Of a stretch of DNA of 64,000 bases, positions 45,244 to 53,959 are shown one piece after another. Position 1 is the first letter of the stretch; each line of letters begins with the position of its first letter. The stretch is from Pyrinomonadaceae bacterium (GTDB lineage Bacteria; Acidobacteriota; Blastocatellia; Pyrinomonadales; Pyrinomonadaceae): NCBI GenBank assembly GCA_036389335.1, contig DASVQC010000085.1:1408-65407 (forward strand), given 5' to 3'. The position numbers and the translations under genes are program-made. A model generated the notes under the pieces. It searched no databases and was not told the DNA's origin. It was given only the letters and a program-made list of their open reading frames with translations.

Positions 45244-46116
45244 TAGTCTATCGCCTTGCTCGCCCGAACCGCCGGGCCGGGGCCCTGAAGCGGAGCGGCG
45301 CACCACTCTTCCCTACCGGCAACGTCTTAAGGATTGAGAGATCGGATGTTGCTCCTGATTACCGCGCGCCTCGCCGTGGCGCGCCCCAAGCGGTGGTGCG
45401 GCGTGTGCCGGAAGCCTTCTGCGCCCTTAAGTGACGGGCCGTGCCCACTGGCTTGTCAATGAGTCCCGAGGAGGTGTCGCTCTTGACTGTGTACTCTGGG
45501 AGAGTTGCCGCACATTATCCATTAGGTTCGGCGTCTAACGCAATCGCCGTCCTGCCCGCGGCGGACGCCGGGCGAAGTTCGTGCGCTGCCGTCGCCGTCC
45601 ATGTAAGGTGAAGGTGAAGGTCCGGCGCGCGTGTGTGAGTTGGAAGTCGTGCCGCCGTTCCGGGTTAGAGATTTAGGAACTTGTCGGGCGACCCGCGGCT
45701 CTGTTTGGGGGTTGTTAAGTATCAACCGGTAGTCCGTGCCGGCGAAGACCGCAGAAGGGACGGCGCGGTCAACCAGATGGGGCGGGGGGCTTTCGGGGCT
45801 CCCCCGACAACAAGGATATTAGCAACTAGCCGGACTTTGAGCAACATCTTTTTACAGCGGCGGCAAAATACTGAAAAAGTAGGAGAAAATAGTTTTCGGG
45901 CGGGTCGGAAGTTGTGGAAAGGCGTGAGCATTCGCGCTTTCTTTCTGATGGTTCATCGAAGCGCGTCAGTCATCAGAGGTCAAACGAACCCTCGCCTCAC
46001 CTCGGTGTGCTTGCCCCTGCCCGTGCTGTGCCTTTTTTGCGTGCGCTGCGCTTCGGCGGGACGAGCCTTGCGGGGCCCGCGGCTCGCGCAAAATCGGGAT
46101 TTTCAGGGAGAAGAAC

Positions 46117-46437
46117 ATGCGTTCTTGCCGCACAGTTACATTCTGCAAGCTTCGTGCGTGCCCCTCGTCCGGGGCGCTGCTGCGTTACCACGAAGCGACG
46201 CTCCCGCGGGAGGACGGGCGGCTCGTGCGTGAACACGTCGCGTCGTGCGACTTCTGCGGCGCAGAATTGCAACTGCTCTCGAAGTTCCCGCCGAAGGGCG
46301 TGCCCGTCGTCCAGCCCGCGCCCATCCCTTGGAACCTCTACCGGCTCGCCAGAGACCTGCGGACTTTCTCGACCAGCGGCACGCGCATATTGTTGAAGAT
46401 AACGCCGAGGAGCGATCTGACTTTAGCCGAACCCTGA
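46117..46437 (+). CDS. Small soluble zinc-finger (zf-HC2, HxxxCxxC) anti-sigma-factor-like protein
   Basis: 106 aa. The segment CPSSGALLRYHEATLPREDGRLVREHVASCDFCGAELQLL carries the exact ZAS signature H40-x3-C44-x2-C47, with an upstream Cys (C15 or C10). There is no obvious TM segment. A GGGAGAAG sequence lies 5 nt upstream of the ATG. Confidence 0.55.
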   Translation: MRSCRTVTFCKLRACPSSGALLRYHEATLPREDGRLVREHVASCDFCGAELQLLSKFPPKGVPVVQPAPIPWNLYRLARDLRTFSTSGTRILLKITPRSDLTLAEP

Positions 46438-46933
46438 GACCCCGCGCAGAAGACCCGCACAGCGACCACTTGAGATAAGCGAGCAGCGACTTTCGGGACG
46501 AAGAGTAGGCGAGTCCTCGCCGGGCCTCGTCGCCGCGGATACCGAGGCCCAAACTCCTACCTGAGCCGGCACTGCCCCGGCGGCGCGAATCCGCTCCCGC
46601 CGTAAGGATACCGGCGACGCCCACCTGCCAGAGGCGCGGGGTGCGGCCCGGGCGGCGCGGGCATAAGTTCTTCCCCGGCGGTGCCGAACTCAAGCCGCGG
46701 GTCTCGGGCTTGCCCGGCGTTTGCGAATTGTGGACAATGCCGATTCCGAACCCGGGCCGGGGCGCTCGGTTGACTGGCGAGACCGCCCGGGCGGCGCGTC
46801 TCCGCGATCAGGCTTAGCCCTTACACATCTTACCCATCAAATGATCAGCTAGGTTCAGCGAACAATTTCGGCGGCGCGTGTGTCCGGTCGCGGCCCGGCT
46901 GTCGGGCCCGAAAATTATTCGCCGGGAGAACAA

Positions 46934-48343
46934 ATGCTTTTCGACTCGCCCGTCTATTTTCTTTTTCTAATACTTGTAACGCTCCTGTACTGGCGTTTGC
47001 GGCGGCGCGGGCAGAACCTTTTTTTGCTGGGGGCGAGCTACTTCTTTTACGGCTGGTGGGACTGGCGCTTTGCGCTGTTGATGGCGGGCTCGACCGCCGC
47101 CGATTACGTCATCGGTCGGCGGATCGGGGCCTCGAAAACCGACCGTCAGCGTCGCCTCCTGTTCATTTCCTCCCTGATCATTAACTTTTCGGTGCTGGCA
47201 TTTTTCAAGTACTTCAATTTCTTCATCGACTCGGTCACCCACTCGCTCGCCTTCTTCGGGATCGCGCACCCGAACATGACGCTCTTGCAGATCCTCCTAC
47301 CCCCCGGCATCTCTTTCTACACGTTTCAGGAAGTCGCCTACATCGTCGACGTTTACAAGCGGAGGCTGGAGCCGGCGGACTCGCTCGTCGATTACGCCTT
47401 ATTCATCAGCCTGTTCCCGCATCTCATCGCCGGGCCGATCCAGCGTCCTTCGCACTTGTTGCCGCAGGTACAGAACCCGCGCACCTGGCAATCGGAAAAA
47501 GTGTTTGACGGGATGCTGCTCATCTTGGAGGGGCTGTTCCGTAAATGTGTGATCGCCGATAACTGTGCGCTCATCGCGAATGCGGCGTTCGGGGGGCAGT
47601 TAGGCAGGCCCAGCGTGCCGGTCCTGCTGCTGGGCACGTACGCCTTCGCCTGGCAAATTTACGGCGACTTCAGCGCCTACAGCTCCATCGCCCGCGGCAG
47701 CGCCCAACTGCTAGGCTTTCATTTCATGATCAATTTCCGCCAGCCTTATCTGGCGCACAGCCTACAGGAGTTCTGGCGGCGCTGGCACATAAGTCTAAGC
47801 ACGTGGCTGCGCGACTACCTCTACATCCCGCTCGGGGGGAGCCGCTACGGCGAGTGGCGGACGTACCGCAACCTCATGATGACCATGCTGATCGGAGGAC
47901 TGTGGCACGGCGCGAACTGGACTTTTGTGATCTGGGGCGGCATCCACGGGGGCGGACTCGCCCTAGAACGCTTCTTCAGCGCGGAGGGCGAGCGGGCCAA
48001 GTATTCCGCGGCGCGCATCTGGTTTCGCCGCGTAGTTATTTTCCATTTAGTTTGTTTGGCGTGGGTCTTTTTCAGAGCCGACTCGGTGGCCGGGGCGTGG
48101 CAGTTCCTCGGCGGGCTGGGCGCGTGGCAGTGGCGGGCCGAGTACGGCACCGCCTTCCTCTTTCTGGCGGTGTTCATCATCCCCCTGTTTCTAATCGACC
48201 TTCAGCTTGATTCATCCGGCGACGAATATTTCATGCAATCGAGCGCGTTAGAGGTGAGGATCGCGGTCGGCGTTGCCGCGCTGGCGGGGGTTACTTTATT
48301 CGGGGCGAACGAAGCAAATGCCTTTATTTATTTCCAGTTCTAA
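46934..48343 (+). CDS. MBOAT family O-acyltransferase (AlgI/DltB-like)
   Basis: I start it at the ATG at 46934 (MLFDSPVYFLFLILVTLLYW), with GGGAGAA 4 nt upstream. MBOAT hallmarks are present: YFFYGWWDWRF, GISFYTFQ, FWRRWHISLSTWLRDYLYIPLGGSR and LIGGLWHGANW (the conserved His). Confidence 0.9.
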   Translation: MLFDSPVYFLFLILVTLLYWRLRRRGQNLFLLGASYFFYGWWDWRFALLMAGSTAADYVIGRRIGASKTDRQRRLLFISSLIINFSVLAFFKYFNFFIDSVTHSLAFFGIAHPNMTLLQILLPPGISFYTFQEVAYIVDVYKRRLEPADSLVDYALFISLFPHLIAGPIQRPSHLLPQVQNPRTWQSEKVFDGMLLILEGLFRKCVIADNCALIANAAFGGQLGRPSVPVLLLGTYAFAWQIYGDFSAYSSIARGSAQLLGFHFMINFRQPYLAHSLQEFWRRWHISLSTWLRDYLYIPLGGSRYGEWRTYRNLMMTMLIGGLWHGANWTFVIWGGIHGGGLALERFFSAEGERAKYSAARIWFRRVVIFHLVCLAWVFFRADSVAGAWQFLGGLGAWQWRAEYGTAFLFLAVFIIPLFLIDLQLDSSGDEYFMQSSALEVRIAVGVAALAGVTLFGANEANAFIYFQF

Positions 48344-49283
48344 ATCCACGGAGCAGGGCGTGCGGCGGGCGATTGTTTCCCTGCTGTGCTGTCTCTTAGT
48401 ATTCTGCGTTCTTTTAGAGCTGGTGACCGCCGTGGGGATTCGCAGGGTGAGCCGGATACAGCGGCGGATTTGGCAAGACTACACCGGGGCCCTCGCCCTC
48501 AAGCCGGAAGCGGGCGGCGAACAAAAATCAATTCTCGTCGCCGGCAACTCTTTACTGCTGTTGGGCGTTGATTTCCCGACGCTCCAAGCCGGCCTCGCGC
48601 CGCGGTACAAATCAGCACGCTTCGCCGTGGAGCAGACGCAATATTTAGACTGGCAGTTCGGGCTCCGTCGCCTGTTTCGGGAAGGCTCTCGACCCGACGT
48701 GGTGGTGCTGTGTCTGCCCGTCAACCATCTGATCGCGTCCGGCACCCGGGGCGAATACTTCGCCCACTACATGATGGACGGGCGCGACATACTGGACGTG
48801 GCTAAAGAAGCGAAGCTGGATAACACCACGGCGAGCAACTATTTCTTTGCTAACCGGAGCGCCTGGTTGGGCAGTCGGATGGAGGTCCGGAAGTGGCTGC
48901 TCGGCACGATGATGCCCAGCGTGCAAGCCCTGACCTACATGTTCCAGAGGCCCGCGCCCCCGCCGCCCCCCGGCGACGAGGTGCGCAGGCAAATGGTAGT
49001 TCGTCTGGGCGAGCTTAAACGGATCTGCGAAAGTAACGGCGCCCGTCTAATAATCGTCATCCCGCCCACGCTGGACAAAAGTGATCGTTCCTCGGCGGTG
49101 CGGCAGGCCGGCGTCGAGACCGGCGTCCCCGTACTGCTCCCTTACCAGCCGGGCGAACTGCAGGCCAGTTTTTTTGACCACGACCTGTTCCACTTGAACC
49201 CCGAAGGCGCGAAGGTTTTCGCCGCGCGCTTGGCGGCGGATCTGCTGACCACGCTCTCGCCCGCTTCAACCCCCCCGGCGTAG
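48318..49283 (+). CDS. SGNH-like partner protein of the MBOAT (AlgJ/AlgX/DltD-like role, tentative)
   Basis: I prefer the ATG at 48318 (MPLFISS..) over 48273. Either start overlaps the MBOAT 3' end. It has an N-terminal TM (IVSLLCCLLVFCVLLELVTAV), a block-I-like ILVAGNSLLLLG (Ser) and a C-terminal FDHDLFHLNPEGAKVF (DxxH). That arrangement resembles SGNH acyl-transfer partners of MBOAT proteins. Confidence 0.5.
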   Translation: MPLFISSSKSTEQGVRRAIVSLLCCLLVFCVLLELVTAVGIRRVSRIQRRIWQDYTGALALKPEAGGEQKSILVAGNSLLLLGVDFPTLQAGLAPRYKSARFAVEQTQYLDWQFGLRRLFREGSRPDVVVLCLPVNHLIASGTRGEYFAHYMMDGRDILDVAKEAKLDNTTASNYFFANRSAWLGSRMEVRKWLLGTMMPSVQALTYMFQRPAPPPPPGDEVRRQMVVRLGELKRICESNGARLIIVIPPTLDKSDRSSAVRQAGVETGVPVLLPYQPGELQASFFDHDLFHLNPEGAKVFAARLAADLLTTLSPASTPPA

Positions 49284-49342
49284 GAGTCATCGCCGGGCCC
49301 CGAACCGCCCACGGAATCGGGGCGGAATCGGCAGTCATTCTT

Positions 49343-51196
49343 TCACCCCTTCGCCGCCGCGTCGTCGTACAGCTCCTCGATCCGCGCTCCGAACTTCTCG
49401 TCGACGACCCGCCGCTTGATCTTGAGCGTCGGCGTCATCTCCCCGCCGTCAATCGAAAACTCTTCCGCGAGGAGCGCGACGCGGCGCACGCGCTCGTAGT
49501 CGTGCAGCGTCGAGGTGAGCTGCGCGACCTCGCGCTGGACGAGGCGCACCGTCGCCGGATCGCGCGCCAGCGCCGCGCGATCGGTTCGCCCCGGCTGGCG
49601 CGCGCCGTTCGCCCCCGCGCCTTCGGCGAGGGCCGATTGCAGCGCCTCCCAGTCGGGCACGACGAGCGCGGCGGGCTGTTTGCGGCCCGCGCCGACGACG
49701 ACCACTTGGTTGACGAGGCTGCTCTGCTTGATGAGGCTCTCGATTTGCTGCGGCGCGACGTACTTGCCGTTCGAGAGCTTGAACAGCTCCTTCATCCGGT
49801 CGGTGATGAAGAAGTGGCCGTGCTCGTCCTCGAACCCGACGTCGCCCGTCTTGAACCAGCCGTCCTCGGTGAAGACGGCGCGCGTCTCCTCCGGCTTGTT
49901 GAAGTAGCCGGGCATCACGTTCGGCCCGCGCACGAGTATTTCATCGTCGGTGCCGATCCGCATCTCGACGCCGGGGAACGGCAGGCCGACCGAGCCGACC
50001 TTGTTGTCTTCCGGGCGGTTGGCCGAAGTGATGCAGGTCTCCGTCATGCCGTAGCCTTGCAGGATGGGGATGCCCGCGGCGAAGAACGAATGGGAGAGCG
50101 CGGGCGAGAGCGGCGCGCCGCCCGAGACGAAGAAGCGGAGGCGGCCCCCGACGCCCTCGCGCCACTTCGAGAAGACGAGGCGGCTCGCCACGTCCTGCTG
50201 CAGGTCGAGCAGCGGCGGGACGCGCTCCCTCCGGTCGAGAGTCTGCGCGTGACGGCGGCCCACTTCGAGCGCCCACTCGAAGAGCCTGCGCCGCCACCCC
50301 CGCTCGGTCGTCCCCTTCTTGACGATGCGGTGGTAGACCTTCTCGAACATGCGCGGCACGGCGGTCATCACCGTCGGGCGCACGTCCTTCAAATACTCGG
50401 CGAGCTGTTCGACCGAGGGCGCGTAGTGGACGGCGACGCCGTTCCAGCAGAAGACGTAGAAGACGGCGCGCTCGAAGATGTGCGAGAGCGGCAGGACCGA
50501 GAGCGACACGTCCGTGGTGCGGATGGGGAGCGCGCTCGTGATGGCGTAGACGTTCGAGACGAAGTTGCGGTGCGTGAGCATCACGCCCTTCGGCTCGCCC
50601 GTCGTCCCCGACGTGTAGATGATCGTCGCGAGGTCTTCCGGCTGGAGCGCGTCGGCCAGCTCGTCGAAGGCGGCGGGCTCGCGCGAGTCCTCCGCCGCGC
50701 CCGCGCGCTCCACCTCTTCGAGCGTCGTCGCGCCCTCGGCCTCCGAGGCGGAGTCGGCGTCGAAGAAGACGATCCTTTCGACGCCCGACGCCTCGACGCC
50801 GGCGCGCGCGTGGCGGAAGGTGCGGCGGTTCGAGACGAGGAGGACGCGCGCCTGCGAGTCGGAGAGGATGTAGCGCACCTGCTCGACGGCCTGCGTCGTG
50901 TAGACGGGGACGTTGACCGCGCCGAGGCTGAGGATGGCGAGGTCTGCGAGCGACCACTCGGGCCGGTTCTCCGAGAGCAGCGCCACGCGGTCGCCGCGGC
51001 GCACGCCGAGCGAGCGCAGGCCGAGCGCGACGGCGCGCACGCGCCTGACGAACTCCGCCCCGGAGACGCGCCGCCACTCGCCGCCGCTCTTGTAGTTGAG
51101 GGCGTCGGGCTTCGCGTGGCGCGCGAGCGCCGACAGGCACAGCCGCGGCAGCGTCGCCGGCGCGCCGTGCGCGTTGTTGGCGGTCTCCTCACTCAT
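49343..51196 (-). CDS. Long-chain acyl-CoA synthetase (AMP-forming, FadD/FAA1-like)
   Basis: 617 aa. It has the AMP-binding signature IIYTSGTTGEPKGVMLTHRN, then GYGMTE, WFKTGDVG and a C-terminal ..LKIKRR.. block. Confidence 0.9.
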   Translation of the reverse strand: MSEETANNAHGAPATLPRLCLSALARHAKPDALNYKSGGEWRRVSGAEFVRRVRAVALGLRSLGVRRGDRVALLSENRPEWSLADLAILSLGAVNVPVYTTQAVEQVRYILSDSQARVLLVSNRRTFRHARAGVEASGVERIVFFDADSASEAEGATTLEEVERAGAAEDSREPAAFDELADALQPEDLATIIYTSGTTGEPKGVMLTHRNFVSNVYAITSALPIRTTDVSLSVLPLSHIFERAVFYVFCWNGVAVHYAPSVEQLAEYLKDVRPTVMTAVPRMFEKVYHRIVKKGTTERGWRRRLFEWALEVGRRHAQTLDRRERVPPLLDLQQDVASRLVFSKWREGVGGRLRFFVSGGAPLSPALSHSFFAAGIPILQGYGMTETCITSANRPEDNKVGSVGLPFPGVEMRIGTDDEILVRGPNVMPGYFNKPEETRAVFTEDGWFKTGDVGFEDEHGHFFITDRMKELFKLSNGKYVAPQQIESLIKQSSLVNQVVVVGAGRKQPAALVVPDWEALQSALAEGAGANGARQPGRTDRAALARDPATVRLVQREVAQLTSTLHDYERVRRVALLAEEFSIDGGEMTPTLKIKRRVVDEKFGARIEELYDDAAAKG

Positions 51197-51205
51197 CTTT
51201 TAAGA

Positions 51206-51271
51206 CCGTGAGCCGTAAGCCGTAAACCGTGACAAGGAAGAACCGGGTTTTCTCCTGTCACGGTTTACGGT

Positions 51272-51284
<13 letters not shown>
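51206..51284. repeat. Long hairpin 'a' with stem built of tandem heptamers (CCGTRAR x4 in each arm)
   Basis: The left arm is ccgtgag ccgtaag ccgtaaa ccgtgac aagga (51206-51238). The reverse complement of the right arm (51253-51284) is ccgtgaa ccgtgaa ccgtaaa ccgtgac agga. Pairing is 29 of 32 Watson-Crick, with 3 transition mismatches and a 1-nt bulge. The right arm includes the last codons and TGA stop of the UXS gene. The left arm ends 9 nt before the ATG at 51196. Confidence 0.85.
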
Positions 51285-52228
<944 letters not shown>

Positions 52229-52280
52229 CTCGCTCGCGTGATCCTTCTCCGATCAGACTGCCGCACGCCGGATGGTAACA

Positions 52281-52320
52281 CGACCGCGCCGCGCGGCGCG
52301 CGACCGCCCGGCGCGGCGCG
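52281..52320. repeat. Tandem 20-nt direct repeat (2 copies) in the uxs-wzy intergenic gap
   Basis: cgaccgcgccgcgcggcgcg (52281-52300) is followed immediately by cgaccgcccggcgcggcgcg (52301-52320). 18 of 20 positions are identical. Each copy contains a GC palindrome. Confidence 0.7.
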
Positions 52321-52339
52321 CGCCTTCAGGGCCGGGCCG

Positions 52340-53959
52340 TCACGCGCCTAAATCCAGAATGTCTTTCTCTTCGGCGGCGGCTGCGGGCGCGGGCTCGTCG
52401 AGCGCCAAGGGCGGCGGCGGCGCGTCGGGCGCGGGCGCGGCGGCGGCGGGCGCGCGCGCCGGGCCGTCGGTCTGCCCGCGGCGGCGGCGGATCGGCTCTT
52501 CGACGCGCGGGCCGAGCGTGGCGAGCGCGGCGAGCATCAGGAAGAGCAGGGCGTTGGCGGTCGTGTGCAGGGTGAAGTCGAAGAAGCTGTGGACGAGGAC
52601 GGCGAAGCAGCCGGTGAGCGCGCCGAGGGCGACGCCGCGGCGCTGCGGGTCGCGCGACTCCATGCGCCGGAAGCCCGCGCGGAAGAGCAGCGCGACGAAG
52701 GCGAGCGCGAGCACGGCCCCGGCCACGCCGGCGTCCGAGACGATCTGCAAGTAGTCGTTGTGCGCCTGCTCCAGGCGGTAGACGCGCCCGTTCGCCTGAT
52801 CGTAGCGGCTGTAGGCGACGCCGAACGCGCCGAGCCCGACGCCGGTGAGCGGCTGATCGCGGATCATGTGCGCGGTCGCGCGCCAGAACTCGACGCGGCC
52901 CGTCGAGGGGTCGTCGGCGTTGACCGTGCCGACGAGGCGCGAGAGCGCGCCCTCGCCGCCGAAGAAGATCGCGCCGAGGAAGAAGGCGACGAGCAGCACG
53001 AAGCCGAGCGCGGCCCGCGCGGCGACGCGGCGCAGCCGCACGCCCTTGCCCTCGCGCGCGCCCCGCTCTTCGGCGCCGCGGCGGCGCACCCCCGCCGAGA
53101 CGACGAGGACGAACATGACCTCCGCCGCGAGGCTCAGCATCCCGCCGCGCGAGTTCGTCAGCACGAGCGCGAGCGCCATGATCACGGAGAGGAAGGCGTA
53201 GGCGAAGCGCCTGTCTCGCTCGACCGCGCCGCCGAAGAGGAAGCCGAGCGGGAGCGCGAGCGCCAGCTCCATGTAGCCCGCGAAGTGGTGGCGGTTGATG
53301 AAGGGGCCGAAGGCGAGCGCCTGCGCCGTCTGGCGCACGCCGAAAATCTTGTCGGGGCTGACGAAGAACTGCGCCATCGAGAAGAGCGCGAGCACGAAGC
53401 CGAAGATCATGAAGACGCGCGCGAGCAGCCGCAGGCGGCGCGGGCTGTCGACGAAGGCGAGCGCGGCGGCGAAGTAGACGGCGAGCGAGGCGATCTGCAC
53501 GACGACGAGGCGCGTCGTGAACGGATCGAGCGAGAGGGCGCGCGACGCGCCCCCCCCGAGCGCGCCCGCCCCGGCGGGCGTCGTGCCGAGCGGCAGGAGT
53601 TGGAAGAGGCCGACGGCGACGAGGCCGACGAGCGGCAGTTGCAGCGGGTTGCGGCTGAGGCGCAGGCGGCGCGAGCGCCACGCGTCGATCACCCACGCGA
53701 CGGCGACGAGCCCCGCGCCCGCCTGAAAGATCGCGAGCGACCAGCTATGGACGGTGCCGAAGGCGAGGGCCGAGAGCACGACGGCGAGGCACAGCGCGAG
53801 CACGATGAAGCGGCTCGCGACCGTGCGCTGTGGCTCAGCGGGCGGGCCGCCCGCCCTCGCCGCCGCCCGCCGCTCCCGCTGCCGCCGCCGCTCGGGCAGC
53901 GGCCCGCTGCTGCGGCTGCTGCTGTCCCGCCCCGGCGCGTTGGAGGGTGAAGTCGTCAT
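52340..53959 (-). CDS. O-antigen ligase / Wzy-like polymerase family membrane protein (second copy in window)
   Basis: 539 aa with multiple TM segments. The Wzy_C block is VLTNSRGGMLSLAAEVMFVLVV. It also has EQAHNDYLQIVSDAGV and low-complexity Ala/Pro-rich ends. The ATG at 53959 overlaps the upstream gene by 125 nt. An in-frame GTG at 53803 (VLALCLAVV..) would avoid the overlap. Confidence 0.72.
   Translation of the reverse strand: MTTSPSNAPGRDSSSRSSGPLPERRRQRERRAAARAGGPPAEPQRTVASRFIVLALCLAVVLSALAFGTVHSWSLAIFQAGAGLVAVAWVIDAWRSRRLRLSRNPLQLPLVGLVAVGLFQLLPLGTTPAGAGALGGGASRALSLDPFTTRLVVVQIASLAVYFAAALAFVDSPRRLRLLARVFMIFGFVLALFSMAQFFVSPDKIFGVRQTAQALAFGPFINRHHFAGYMELALALPLGFLFGGAVERDRRFAYAFLSVIMALALVLTNSRGGMLSLAAEVMFVLVVSAGVRRRGAEERGAREGKGVRLRRVAARAALGFVLLVAFFLGAIFFGGEGALSRLVGTVNADDPSTGRVEFWRATAHMIRDQPLTGVGLGAFGVAYSRYDQANGRVYRLEQAHNDYLQIVSDAGVAGAVLALAFVALLFRAGFRRMESRDPQRRGVALGALTGCFAVLVHSFFDFTLHTTANALLFLMLAALATLGPRVEEPIRRRRGQTDGPARAPAAAAPAPDAPPPPLALDEPAPAAAAEEKDILDLGA

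Noticed and set aside
45681-46232. A 183-aa plus-strand ORF (plus 45722-45931 on the minus strand and 45914-46396 on the plus strand) in the sigma/ZAS intergenic region.
   Set aside because: The sequences are low-complexity, Arg-rich and mutually overlapping. They run into the ZAS-like ORF in other frames and have no motifs or plausible ribosome-binding sites.
49305-49325. A small hairpin (ccgccc-N8-gggcgg) between the convergent SGNH-like and acyl-CoA synthetase genes, considered as a bidirectional terminator.
   Set aside because: It has only a 6-bp stem and no T/U tract on either strand, so it cannot be supported as an intrinsic terminator from sequence alone.
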